From Candidatus Bathyarchaeota archaeon (GTDB lineage: Archaea > Thermoproteota > Bathyarchaeia > 40CM-2-53-6 > RBG-13-38-9): a stretch of 64,000 nt of DNA. The position numbers and the translations under genes were made by a program. Shown here piece by piece: positions 39,494 through 50,004 of the stretch. The stretch is taken from NCBI GenBank assembly GCA_963807605.1, contig CAWECG010000003.1, positions 992,001-1,056,000 on the forward strand, given 5' to 3'. Positions within the stretch are counted from its first letter, which is position 1. Each line of letters opens with the position of its first letter. A model generated the notes under the pieces. The model did not search any database. It worked only from the letters and a program-made list of their open reading frames with translations, and was not told the DNA's origin.

Positions 39494-39910
39494 CTAGGAA
39501 ACATGCTTGACTAGAGATTGTGTGAAGGAAGCAAAATCGTATAGCATAAAAGGAAATGTGATACAAGCAACCAACGCACCAAGGCCAGTAACAGGTATAA
39601 GACCTGTAACCAAGACTGCATCTTCACCACCTACAAACTCTTCAGCAATGGCAATTATCAGGTTCCAATAAGCCAAGCATGTGAATCATAACATTGAAAC
39701 AGAATTACCAGCGTCTCAAAAGAGTACACTCCAAAATAAATCACAAAGCTAACGACTCCTGAACATAAACCGGTTATAACGTTAATTATCCACTTATTCA
39801 TTCTATCAGGGAGTCAACCAAAAAACAGTGCGCCCACTGCACCGAACACCGATAGAACACTGATCAACATCCCCACCTGAGAAACGTTTAGACCGAACTC
39901 ATAACAAGAA
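39494..39910 (-). pseudogene. degraded MFS transporter (C-terminal half)
   Basis: FGLNVSQVGMLISV...FFG*LPDRMNK (MFS motif-A-like) with stops and frameshifts. Confidence 0.55.
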
Positions 39911-39977
39911 GCGCGCACAGTATGAATCAACCCATCAATCGGTTCGTAGAATCGTTTTGGTCAAAGCAAAAAGAAAA

Positions 39978-40306
39978 CTATGAATTTTGAACTCTCTCAA
40001 CCATTATCGTGCAATCCGTTATCAGCGCTGCCAGAGCTCCAACGGCAGCAAAGATCGGAGCGAGGACTGCACCAACAACAATCGTAAGGGGAATCTCTAA
40101 CAGAGTCTTACCATCCTGTTTGATCACAATTCTCCGAATGTTCCCTTCGTGAATAAGTTCCTTAACCTTATCTACGAGCTGGCCCCTGAGACCTTAAACT
40201 CTTGCCACTTGACGCCAGGCTCCTCTTTTAGGATCTTCGAGCCGCAACTCCAGCAGAAAACTGACTCTCGAGGAACAGCTGCTCCGCATCCCGAACAGAA
40301 TGACAC
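39978..40306 (-). pseudogene. zinc ribbon plus DUF4342-like protein, frameshift in a G run near 40185 (possibly an assembly error)
   Basis: GTG start: SFCSGCG...FCWSCG...EFKVSG / QLVDKVKELIHEGNIRRIVIKQDGKTLLEIPLT...CTIMVER. Confidence 0.75.
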
Positions 40307-40465
40307 TTCAATTCCCTACATTACCTTTACAGGAAACCAGATAAAACTTGTCAAGGTATCTGGGTATGGGTCGACTCTGACCTAACCGAATTTCTACCTA
40401 TAATGCACATGACTGAATGCAGAAAAGATATTCAAGCATCATAGGACTATTCGATATGACCAATA

Positions 40466-42124
40466 TTGAATGACAGTAACGTCGAGTTTGACCAAACAGT
40501 CAAAGAAATGTTCGAGACACTTACGCGCCGAGATCCGGTCTCTGCCACTTCATTGGGGATCCACAGCTACGATCACCTCCTCCCCAACGGAACCTTGCAA
40601 GCTAAACTTGAAGATATAGAGATCATGAAGGCTTACCTAAGAGATTTTGAAGAATTTAGGAATCAGCAGCTTACTCGAGACAGAGGTTTCGACAGAGATC
40701 TTGCTATAGATTCTCTGAAACTGTCGTTGTTCTTCGATGATGACCTCGGACTTTGGAGAAGTTCGCCAGAAGCTCCGCACACGGTAGGAACATCCCTATT
40801 TCTCTTGGTGACCAGGGAATTTGCTCCACTGGGAAACCGACTTCGAAGCATCAATAAGCGAATCGAGGCAATACCAGAATTCTTGAGAGATTCAAGAGAA
40901 AGAATTACCGATCCCGTCGAGCTCTGGATTAAACTCGCGATTCAAGCGACTGAAGGATTACCTCACCTTCTGGAAGAGGTTGCCGCACTAGCTCGTGAGA
41001 CCAGATTCGATCAAGAAGAAGAGTTGACTGATGCTACCGAGAAGGCTATAAATGCCGTTTCTGCCTACAGAGAATGGCTCTCAGAAAAGACCCTTCCAAG
41101 AGCAAGAAAGGACTTCGCAATCGGCAAAGATAACCTCGATAAAATATTACGTTTGAGAGGACTCGACATAAATTCAGACGGAATACTTGAGTTTGCCTAC
41201 CAAACACTTGACAAAGAGAAAACTAGACTAAGGCAGTTGGCCTCAGAAATAAAAACCGGCGCTTCGATAGAAGAAGTCAAAACGATCATAAAGGCAAAAC
41301 ATCCCAACACATTTCAAGAAGCACTTGAGGCTTACCGCGCATCCATTGGTGATGCAAGGAGATTCATTCTAGAAAAAAAGGCGTTCACAATACCCGACAA
41401 TGAAGCTGTGAAAGTCAAGGAGACGCCAACATTTATGAGGAGTCTTGTAAGCACGGCGGCAATATTCCAACCTGCTAGGTTTGACAAGGACCAAATAAGC
41501 GTCTATCTCATAACTCCACATAAAGATCCGAAATTCCTAGAGGAACACAATTACTATTCCATCCCAAACACAACCGTACACGAAGCCTACCCCGGCCACC
41601 ATCTCCAGGGGTGTTGCGCCAACACAAACACCTCATTAGTTCGTCTACTAGCGCCATTTCCAGTCGAGTTTGTTGAAGGATGGGCGCACTATTGCGAGGA
41701 ATACATGAAGGAATTAGGTTTCGATGACTCTCCACAGTCCCGATTTGAACAGACATTAGGAATGGTCTGGCGTGCAACGAGAATGATCCTAGACGTTAAG
41801 TTGGCCAGAGGCGCTATCTCTTTTGAAGAAGCCGTCCACTACCTCATTGAGCAAACAGGTATGGAGCGTCAGATAGCTACAATTGAAGTCAACGAGTATG
41901 CCGAAAGACCAAGTTACTTCCTCAGCTACTACTTAGGCAAGCATATGATACTCGAGTTGAAACGGGATCTTATGAATAAGAGTGGTAAGAGCTTCGATGA
42001 GAAGAAGTTTCATGACGTACTTCTCTATTCTGGAAGTATACCTATGAGATATGTCAGACGGATAATTCAAGAAGCTTTCAATGTCAAACTCAGTAGTACC
42101 CTACTTGAGCCGGAGCGGACTTGA
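40466..42124 (+). CDS. DUF885 family protein (metallopeptidase-like)
   Basis: P..AT.LG, HEAYPGHHLQ, FVEGWAHY.E, WRA.R..D, SY.LGK. Confidence 0.88.
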   Translation: MNDSNVEFDQTVKEMFETLTRRDPVSATSLGIHSYDHLLPNGTLQAKLEDIEIMKAYLRDFEEFRNQQLTRDRGFDRDLAIDSLKLSLFFDDDLGLWRSSPEAPHTVGTSLFLLVTREFAPLGNRLRSINKRIEAIPEFLRDSRERITDPVELWIKLAIQATEGLPHLLEEVAALARETRFDQEEELTDATEKAINAVSAYREWLSEKTLPRARKDFAIGKDNLDKILRLRGLDINSDGILEFAYQTLDKEKTRLRQLASEIKTGASIEEVKTIIKAKHPNTFQEALEAYRASIGDARRFILEKKAFTIPDNEAVKVKETPTFMRSLVSTAAIFQPARFDKDQISVYLITPHKDPKFLEEHNYYSIPNTTVHEAYPGHHLQGCCANTNTSLVRLLAPFPVEFVEGWAHYCEEYMKELGFDDSPQSRFEQTLGMVWRATRMILDVKLARGAISFEEAVHYLIEQTGMERQIATIEVNEYAERPSYFLSYYLGKHMILELKRDLMNKSGKSFDEKKFHDVLLYSGSIPMRYVRRIIQEAFNVKLSSTLLEPERT

Positions 42125-42364
42125 GATCAGAGGCGCAGACCTGAAGTCTATCCAAGAGCAGAAAAGCCCCCATTGATAGCCTCTCGACACAGCTATCTGA
42201 TAGACGGCTGAGTGATCTTGGAACGCGCAGGTCCATTAATATGTGGCCTATCGTTACGAGGTTTGGCACGAAGTAGCAACATGAGAGGTCAAATTGAGAT
42301 GTTCACGTTGAAAGTCTAACGACCTGCAGTATAAGATCTTCTCTGGCTAGCTCGCTGGATTTTT

Positions 42365-42928
42365 CTAGATTTTCAAACCTGCTCTTTCTAAGGATCTCAG
42401 GAGCAAGTACGCAATAATAGTCGCGGGGATCAGTTGTAGACCAAGATACATCGGTAAGGTCAGATAGTACATAATTATTGGGAGGCCTAGGACCAGCACT
42501 ATAACAACGTATACCGCCGGGATATCAAGCAGGGCTAGGGCAACGCTCATAGCCGCAATCCGAGTCTTGGCGGATGACTTGGGGTATATCTTTTGGATGA
42601 CTATGGCAGTGAATCCGGCAACAATTGCGAAGGATGCATTTATGGCGGGCCACAGCCACGATAGTGGATTCGCAGCAGTCAACAAACCTGTTATGGCTTG
42701 CACTTCCGTCATCACCAGCGCGCCTATGGGTCCGTAGAGATATGCGGAGAGAAGAACCCACGCATATGTGTTGGAGTAGCCCAAAGGTGTGGCATTTCCA
42801 CCAGTGATCACGGTATCGACCCTCTCCAGTATGGAAGCCAAAACGCCTGCGGTAACACCGAAGACCATTGAAGTTAGAAGGTCACGCATCCCAAGTCTCA
42901 GCTTGGTTCGTCTGCTCATGGAAAGCAC
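42365..42928 (-). CDS. ECF transporter S-component-like membrane protein
   Basis: Several TM helices, YGP..A motif, about 185 aa. Confidence 0.65.
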   Translation of the reverse strand: MLSMSRRTKLRLGMRDLLTSMVFGVTAGVLASILERVDTVITGGNATPLGYSNTYAWVLLSAYLYGPIGALVMTEVQAITGLLTAANPLSWLWPAINASFAIVAGFTAIVIQKIYPKSSAKTRIAAMSVALALLDIPAVYVVIVLVLGLPIIMYYLTLPMYLGLQLIPATIIAYLLLRSLERAGLKI

Positions 42929-43148
42929 CGTTTTACTAAATCATGAGTAGCTACCTATTTATGCGTAACGATTAGGGAAACAGACTAGCCAAGAGGACGC
43001 TGACAGACAAATAACGGGTGAAAATTGGTCAGACAAACAGAAAATACAGAATAATGTTTGAGAAGAGCTCAAGTCGGGCACTATCGCTACATAGCCGGAT
43101 AATGATAAATAACAATCATGCACCACAACCCACGAGAAGATACAGCCG

Positions 43149-44360
43149 TTGAACTTCTCAACTATTCTCTTGACTCTGGATCCACTTACAAACTCGATCA
43201 TCTCATTCTTTCTCGCGATCTCAATTTTCTACGTCTTTCTGGCTTGGAATGCCAAGACGCCGTCAAGACCGGTACACTATTTTCCAAGCGTCACGGCCAT
43301 GGCCTACGCCTGGCAATCTGGAAATGTAATCGAAAGGAAGATCAAGAATTTCCTAAGCCAAGACTACCCCTCCGAGAAGCTTGAGATCATAATCTATGAC
43401 AATGATTCAACGGATGAGACTCCCACAATTTGCAGACAGTACGAGGAAAAGGGGTTAATCAAATACTATAGACCCAAACGACCCCACGATAGAAAAGCCC
43501 CCGTACTTGATGAAGCAATCGAAAACGAGGCGACCGGAGAGATCATAGCACTCACAGATCCAGATGGTGTCTGCGAGAAAGAATGGGTCAAGAAGATTGT
43601 TCAACCATTCTCTGACCCTGAGATTGGTGCAGTCGCTGGAATAACTCATTGTGGAAATTGGGATAAAAACTTCTTCACAAGACTCAGAGCAGTAGAAGAT
43701 GAGTGGTGGAATAACATATCTCTCACCGCGAGAGACGGCAAGGTGAGAATAACAAAGTTTCAACCCCTATGCGGATGCAACTATGCCCTCAGGAGAAGTA
43801 CTTGGGAAGATATTGGAAGAAGCCACGGAACGAGCCTTCTCGAGGACTTGCAGGTAAGCTTAAAACTGCACCAGAAAGGCTGGCGGCTCGTCGTCGCCGA
43901 CGCAAATGTTTGGCAGGAGGAAGTTGAAAATATCGACGAGTACTGGCGGCAGAGGAGACGTTGGTACAGCTTCAAATCATTGGACATCATGAACGGAGAC
44001 GGAAAGCTCGATAGGATAATCGGATCCCTGCCTCAGGGCATCCAGATGACAGCGCTCTTCTCGCTATTGACTTTCTTGGTCATCTTAACTTGGAACTTTT
44101 TCTTTTTCAGGATCGAAATCAGCGAAACACTCTTCGCAGCTTCACCTTTTCTGTTACATAACCTCGCCCTAATGTGGGGGTTATTTAAGGCAGCAAAGGC
44201 TAGGTTCATCCCCTACGTTCCAATTTTTCTGACCGCCGATGCATTACTTCAGCTTTGGTGTTTCGCTGATGTCAGACTCCGTTGGAGAGAAGAACCGAAA
44301 TGGGTCAAACTTGCTAGTGGAAAATACTATCACGTGGGCAGCGAGCTTAGAATGGATTAA
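43149..44360 (+). CDS. processive-type GT2 glycosyltransferase with TM helices
   Basis: ND.STD, DPD, LEDL, QRRRW. Confidence 0.88.
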   Translation: MNFSTILLTLDPLTNSIISFFLAISIFYVFLAWNAKTPSRPVHYFPSVTAMAYAWQSGNVIERKIKNFLSQDYPSEKLEIIIYDNDSTDETPTICRQYEEKGLIKYYRPKRPHDRKAPVLDEAIENEATGEIIALTDPDGVCEKEWVKKIVQPFSDPEIGAVAGITHCGNWDKNFFTRLRAVEDEWWNNISLTARDGKVRITKFQPLCGCNYALRRSTWEDIGRSHGTSLLEDLQVSLKLHQKGWRLVVADANVWQEEVENIDEYWRQRRRWYSFKSLDIMNGDGKLDRIIGSLPQGIQMTALFSLLTFLVILTWNFFFFRIEISETLFAASPFLLHNLALMWGLFKAAKARFIPYVPIFLTADALLQLWCFADVRLRWREEPKWVKLASGKYYHVGSELRMD

Positions 44361-44476
44361 GGATTGAATCGAGAGGTGTGCCGAGGAGATCCGTTCCTTG
44401 AATTCTTAGTAGTTGCTCCATGGAAATCAAAATAAAACATACGCTATGAAGTGACCCCAAGGGAGAGCTTTAGAGA

Positions 44477-45283
44477 TTGAAAACCTTCGTGGTTTCAGGC
44501 AAGAACCTTCCACTTGTTTGGGAGGAGGCGGTCCTGAAGACTTGGAGGGAGGGTCTGCTTGCCTATACTGAATACGAACAATGGAGCAAGGACTGCACCA
44601 TGCTTATGGTCGTGAACGAACCATTTTCCGAGCCGAGAATTCATATGGGAGGCCTGTGTGGCAGCTTAACCGATCTTCACAAGTATGTTGAGGAGGTTGT
44701 CGAAGGATCGGAGGATCATTTTGTTTACGAAGGCAAACGCCCCTACGAATATCATGAGCGGCTATTTGACTACAGCGTCCACGAAGGCCGGAGAATAAAC
44801 CAGATCGACTATATGGTGAAGAAGCTCTGCGAGAAAAAGGAGGTTACACTGAACGGCAGAGCTCTTTCGGTGTATGGCTACACTAGGAGGGCACAAGCGA
44901 TAACTTGGAAACCCTCCGTAGATCCTAGTCTAGAGCATCCACCGTGTCTTCAAAGGGTATGGTGCAGAATCGTAGAGTCAAAACTAGTCATGGAGACATG
45001 TTGGAGATCCAGAGACGCCTACAAGGCGGCATTCTGGAACATGTATGCCTTCACTGAGCTTCAAAAGTACATAGCGCAGAGTCTGAGTGACAATATCGGA
45101 GAAGAAATAAGACTGGGCGCCTACGTAGACTTCACCAACAGCTTCCATATCTATGAACGCGATTTCGAGGATGTTGAGAAACGGCTTGTCAAACTTGTGA
45201 ATGAGAGAAGCTTTGAAGAGAGAACCATGGAGACTCTAGATTACCTCAGACATTTGCGTGAGATTGGTAGATTGCACCAGTAG
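44477..45283 (+). CDS. thyA: archaeal-type thymidylate synthase
   Basis: Y.YH.RL, RRAQAITW, PPCLQ, RSRD, FWN, H.Y. Confidence 0.85.
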   Translation: MKTFVVSGKNLPLVWEEAVLKTWREGLLAYTEYEQWSKDCTMLMVVNEPFSEPRIHMGGLCGSLTDLHKYVEEVVEGSEDHFVYEGKRPYEYHERLFDYSVHEGRRINQIDYMVKKLCEKKEVTLNGRALSVYGYTRRAQAITWKPSVDPSLEHPPCLQRVWCRIVESKLVMETCWRSRDAYKAAFWNMYAFTELQKYIAQSLSDNIGEEIRLGAYVDFTNSFHIYERDFEDVEKRLVKLVNERSFEERTMETLDYLRHLREIGRLHQ

Positions 45284-46106
45284 TCGATCGACTGTCTGCG
45301 AAGAAAAAGAGGCGGGAAGTAATTCTCGGGAGATAATCGCGTCAAGCTAGATGGCTACACTTACGATAGAGTGCGAGAGATGCCAAGGCAGCAATCCCGA
45401 TGAGGAGACCTGCCGCGAACCCTTTGTGATCCATAGCACCACCACTCATTCTTTCGTTACTTGAGGCGATCGGTTCCTGCTCTGTTAGCGGGGTCTAGGG
45501 GGTCTAGCAAGTCACTGAAGAGGGGGATTCTGTTACCTCAGACACATTGGCTGAATTATCTTTTGTTACTCTATTCAGTTGTGAGCATTTGCTGCAGCAC
45601 GCGCTCTCTAGGAAGTCTGACCCTTGACGTGTTCCGTCCATGCAACAATAATTTTCAATGTGTGCACCTGCTAGGCCGCTGAATTTTGTCTTGCCCACGA
45701 CAATGGTTTTTGACTTGCTCCAAGAGGCATAGATTGCCGCCTGCAAACCCGCCGGGCCCCCCAGTTACTAGGATATCTGTGAGAATCATGATAGTCACCT
45801 AAGATATCAATTCGAGTTGAAATGTTGGAAGTAATTTCTTGACAAATCATTCAGAGACTTCTGATATCTAAGAACTGCTAGTATGTTGGCTGACGAACAG
45901 AAGGTATACGTGTGGCCGTATTGAATTCTATTTTCTTCTGGAGGATACGACCATCAACCTATTTCTTGCTAATATGTGGTCAAACTTTACAGAGAAGTTA
46001 TTTACTTGCAGTGGAAGGAATTAAGTGCTAGAAGATTGACTAACAGTTCGGCCAGTACATTCAGTGCGCAGCGAGGCCATTGGTTCCGAGTGCGGGGATT
46101 TCACTC

Positions 46107-46833
46107 ATGAAGAAACGTATTCGCACGTTTTCAACGGTTAGGCTCAAGCTGATCGAAGCCCAGCAAGATATGACTTTGCTAAGGGCGTCTCTGCGAGAGA
46201 CTTTCGCTAGTGAGATCGGAGCAGTCAGAAACTTACTTGTCAGGTATCCATTTCTAAGTGTTAGTTTTGCATTCGTCGCCGGCGTTTTCTTCGGAGGTCT
46301 GCTTCAAGCTAGAGTATCACAATTCGTTGTTCTAGCACTCCTAGGAGGCTTTCCTCTTGCCATAGTCTATGGGCACTCCCAAGGTGTACCGACTATCTTT
46401 TTCGATAGGATCCGTAATAGTGCTCGACAGCTTCGTTTCCTATTCGCTTCTAAAACTCATGAAAGCTTTGAGCGAGTACCCCCGAATCGAGCCTTACTTA
46501 TCCAGAATTAGGGTGAGGTACTCAGACAGCTCCCGCCTTTTCATGACCTATTCCGGAAGACTTGGTGCTGAGGGAGCATTGGCCGTCTGCACATTCTTGA
46601 TAGGATGGTGGATTGCGGCAGTCATAGCGTATCTCATGGATTTTGACACAAGAACCGCTATGGTCAGCATATTCTCAGGTTTGATGGCTGGAGGTCTATT
46701 ATCTTGGGCGCTCTATGAAGGCTTTGTAAGACTAATCCCCGATCCAGCTATCGTCGTCGTGATATTTCTTGTGGTATTCATTATGTCTGGATTTGTTGTG
46801 GGCAGACTTTTCAGAAGAATTGGACAGGATTGA
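46107..46833 (+). pseudogene. multi-TM membrane protein (small multidrug export-like) split by an extra T in a T5 run near 46400
   Basis: ORFs 46080-46511 and 46369-46833 join into one hydrophobic protein if one T is removed. Confidence 0.55.
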
Positions 46834-46862
46834 TACCAGAATCTTCTATTAATCGCCAGTTT

Positions 46863-47001
46863 TGGTAGCGGGGGGTAGATTCGAACTACCGGTTGAGCCC
46901 GATTTCTCGAGTATCTCAGGGTCTCTCAGTTCATGTCATATGAGCCCTGCGGGTTAAACCTGGTTGGGCTTCTTCATTCGAAGAACCTACCCCACCCCGC
47001 T
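46863..47001 (-). tRNA. initiator tRNA-Met(CAT) with three introns (46964-46986, 46923-46938, 46892-46912)
   Basis: Spliced 79 nt: AGCGGGGTGGGGTAGCCAGGTTTAACCCGCAGGGCTCATAACCCTGAGATCGGTAGTTCGAATCTACCCCCCGCTACCA; A1-U72 pair, GGG/CCC in anticodon stem, encoded CCA. Confidence 0.93.
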
Positions 47002-47242
47002 ATTCTCTGGACTTGTCAGGGAATTTCAAAGATAAATGTTTTGCCTAAAAAATAGGTTGTGCCCCGCTGAGATTTTTCTCTAGGCACTATTGCTCACAGT
47101 CTCGTTAGCAACGCTTATAAGTTATAATATGAGGTTTAGTGCCAAGCTGGTTTATAGTGGACGGAAGCAGGATCCGGTTCTGTACGGTTGACTGTTACTT
47201 GTTCTTATAACTGGCCGAAACGAAAAGAGGTGAAAGTGGATA

Positions 47243-47437
47243 ATGGCTTCTTTTGTTAAGCCTGTTGAGGAAGGGAAAGAGTATGAAGTTGACATCAAAG
47301 AGCTCAGCAGGCGTGGAGATGGACTTGCACGGATAGAGGGTTTTGTGGTCTTCGTTCCAAATACGAAGCCAGGCGACCATGTAACTGTAAGAGTTACACA
47401 GGTCCGAGACCGATTTGCCGTTGCTGAGAAGATCTAG
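47243..47437 (+). CDS. single TRAM-domain RNA-binding protein
   Basis: [12 protein letters not shown]...[15 protein letters not shown]...GD.V; GAGGTGA SD upstream. Confidence 0.92.
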   Translation: MASFVKPVEEGKEYEVDIKELSRRGDGLARIEGFVVFVPNTKPGDHVTVRVTQVRDRFAVAEKI

Positions 47438-47510
47438 AGATCTTCAGATACTGATATGACCCGACCCCTGTTTTTCTAATATTTTTTCATATAGTCAGGT
47501 AGGTGCACAC

Positions 47511-48188
47511 TTGAGCACAACCTCAAACTGTAGCTCTGGGGCTTCTACGTTGGACAAGCTCTTGATTACAGAGTACTCTCCGACTTTAGTATCTCCACTA
47601 TACGTTGTAGGGCTTTCTGGTGCCAGTGAACTTGGAAGGATTGCAGCTCGCATTCTATTAGAACGAGCTCAAGCAAGACTTTTTGCAGAACTTTACAACA
47701 AACACTTCCCAGATCATGCTCTGGTAACAGAAGACGGGACATGCAGATTACTCAGATACGAGTTCTATGAGAGTTCTCGGTCCTCACCCAATATGATAAT
47801 TGCCTATGGAGACGATGGAATAACCTTTGAGAATCCCGAAAGCGGCTACAATGTTTTCGACGAACTTGTCATGCTGGGAAAGAATTCTGGTGTGTCCAAT
47901 CTGATCCTGATAGATGCTATTCGGATGGACAGCGGCGAATCTACCTATGTGGCTGCAACAAAGACCAGTCTAACCAAACGTTTTGTGAATAAAGGAGCAA
48001 CAGTGATAAAGGATACCCATCTATTAGGCCCCGCAGGAATTATTCTAGGGATGTGCCGACTTCATCTGTTAAGTGCTATCGGTCTCTTCCCGACACTAAC
48101 ACCGGAAGGGAGCGCAGAAAAATCTGCCGAGACCGCTGTCAAACTTGTCGAGGATTCCTTCGATATCAAATACCCTAGGGTCCGGTAA
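47511..48188 (+). CDS. divergent PAC2 family protein
   Basis: VGL.G...LG.IAA; A.LY..HFP; G.AG..LG. Confidence 0.65.
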   Translation: MSTTSNCSSGASTLDKLLITEYSPTLVSPLYVVGLSGASELGRIAARILLERAQARLFAELYNKHFPDHALVTEDGTCRLLRYEFYESSRSSPNMIIAYGDDGITFENPESGYNVFDELVMLGKNSGVSNLILIDAIRMDSGESTYVAATKTSLTKRFVNKGATVIKDTHLLGPAGIILGMCRLHLLSAIGLFPTLTPEGSAEKSAETAVKLVEDSFDIKYPRVR

Positions 48189-48200
48189 AAGAGGATCAAA

Positions 48201-49478
48201 TTGGGAATTGTTAGGATCGGCGTTGACGATACTGACTCAAAGGAGGGCATGTGCACAACCTACCTAGGGGCTGTCACTGCAGATAGGTTAAAGCTTCAAG
48301 GCTTCAGACTGAAAGGTTACCCCAAACTCGTGAGGCTGAATCCGAATTGGCACCTAAAGACAAGAGGTAACTGCGCGATTTCACTGAATGTGGAGTGCGA
48401 CCGGTCAAGACTGCCTACCTTAAGAGAGATAGTCCTTAGCACTGTGAGAGAACTCGCAGAGCTTCGATGTGAGACAACCAATCCGGGGATAGTCCTCTAC
48501 ACTGGTGACTCTGTCCCCCGAGCGCTCAGAATGTTCTCAAGAACGGTCATTCAGGGAGTTGTCGAGATCGAAGACGCAGAAAGGCTTTCACAGGAGATAG
48601 GTGCAGAGTACTATAAGTTCAAACTTGGAAGAGGTATAATCGGTGCCATGGCAGCTATTGGAGAGACATTCGAGCAGGACTCAACTTACGAACTTATCGC
48701 CTATAGAACTGAAGGTTACAGAGGTCGCGAGAGAATTATAGATGAGGAGAGCGTCTTCGAGATGGATAGGAACACCTTTCCAAGGACTTTTGATAACGTC
48801 GATCCCAGCACAGGGGAGATTAGGATTACTCCTCATACGCCGTGTCCTGTCCTCTTTGGAATTCGCTCGCATGATCCTAGGGTGGCGTTGGAAGCATTCC
48901 GAATGATACGAGTATATGAGCCCATTGAGAGGCAGATGATTTATCAAACAAACCAGGCAACCGACGCCCACCTATTATGCACCACAATCATGGCTATCAA
49001 GCCAATCACTTCTGCAATAGTGAGCGGCAGAGTATCGCAGAAGCCTAAAGTCATTCGTGGAGGGCATGTCATAATGGCGGTGACAGACGGGACTGGCGAA
49101 TTATACTGCGCGGCGTACGAACCTACACGGAGATTTAGAGATGCGATCAAGAAGCTGCAGGTTGGGGATTCAGTAAGAGTCTATGGTGGCGTCAAGAAGA
49201 AAGAGAATCTTCCACTGACTTTGAATCTCGAGAAGATAGAGATCTTGAATTTGTTGAAGATCTACCTAAAATCAAATCCCGTTTGCACAAGATGTGGAAG
49301 GCGTGCAAAATCTGAAGGGAAAGGGAAAGGTTATCAATGCAAAGGTTGTGGCCAAATGTTTAGGCCTGGAACAGAGACATTCACTGAGAGACCGCGGGGA
49401 TTACAAATCGGATTCTACGAAGTTCCACCCAGGGCCCGCCGGCATTTAGCGAAACCTTTGATTCGTATCCTGTGTTGA
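48201..49478 (+). CDS. tiaS: tRNA(Ile2) agmatidine synthetase
   Basis: G.DDTDS..GMCTTY, RLNP...KTRGN, GRG.IGA, PVLFGIR, AYEPT, Zn ribbon, RRHL.KP. Confidence 0.95.
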   Translation: MGIVRIGVDDTDSKEGMCTTYLGAVTADRLKLQGFRLKGYPKLVRLNPNWHLKTRGNCAISLNVECDRSRLPTLREIVLSTVRELAELRCETTNPGIVLYTGDSVPRALRMFSRTVIQGVVEIEDAERLSQEIGAEYYKFKLGRGIIGAMAAIGETFEQDSTYELIAYRTEGYRGRERIIDEESVFEMDRNTFPRTFDNVDPSTGEIRITPHTPCPVLFGIRSHDPRVALEAFRMIRVYEPIERQMIYQTNQATDAHLLCTTIMAIKPITSAIVSGRVSQKPKVIRGGHVIMAVTDGTGELYCAAYEPTRRFRDAIKKLQVGDSVRVYGGVKKKENLPLTLNLEKIEILNLLKIYLKSNPVCTRCGRRAKSEGKGKGYQCKGCGQMFRPGTETFTERPRGLQIGFYEVPPRARRHLAKPLIRILC

Positions 49479-49545
49479 ACGTTTCTATTTCAGACTTGCA
49501 TTAATGAGACATTGCAACCTGACTGTCCAGGAAGAAAGATCGACT

Positions 49546-49785
49546 TTATCTTCCCGCTACTATAATCATTGTGAGTGTTGAGCGAACCTTCTCCAGGCGC
49601 CTCATATTCGATGTTATCACTTCCTTTAGTCTATCCATCGTCTCAGCCTCAACCTTAGCTACTATGTCATAGACACCGTACACGACATAAGCTTCTGTTA
49701 TGTTAGGCGTCTTCTCAAGTTCATGCAAGACTTCATCTTCGAATCCAGTCTCAGTGTTTATCAAAACATAGGCTGTATTTGCCAT
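49546..49785 (-). CDS. stand-alone Lrp/AsnC ligand-binding domain protein
   Basis: AYVLIN...G.E..V; VYGVYDIVAKV; STLTMI. Confidence 0.88.
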   Translation of the reverse strand: MANTAYVLINTETGFEDEVLHELEKTPNITEAYVVYGVYDIVAKVEAETMDRLKEVITSNMRRLEKVRSTLTMIIVAGR

Positions 49786-50004
49786 GTGCAACCCCAGACC
49801 TGATTTCATGTTCCTTAACTTAAGACTTCTCAAAATCCCGATAGGAACTGGTCACTATCAAATGACGAATTAACCTCATAATCAAAGTCTGTGACCCGCC
49901 ACTTTGGTTCATTGGACCAGACCACGGTTTCTTCTAGTGTTAGATCGGTTTATATTGAATCCTATTCAAACGATCCCATACTATATTATCAGAGTGGTCT
50001 TCAG

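Noticed and set aside
43149-45283. GT2 plus thymidylate synthase as a DNA hypermodification module
   Set aside because: The TS keeps the dUMP-specifying Asn (FWN) and looks like the housekeeping archaeal type; the GT2 is a membrane polysaccharide-synthase type.
46863-47001. CAT tRNA as tRNA-Ile2 because tiaS is nearby
   Set aside because: A1-U72 and three consecutive G-C pairs in the anticodon stem identify the initiator.
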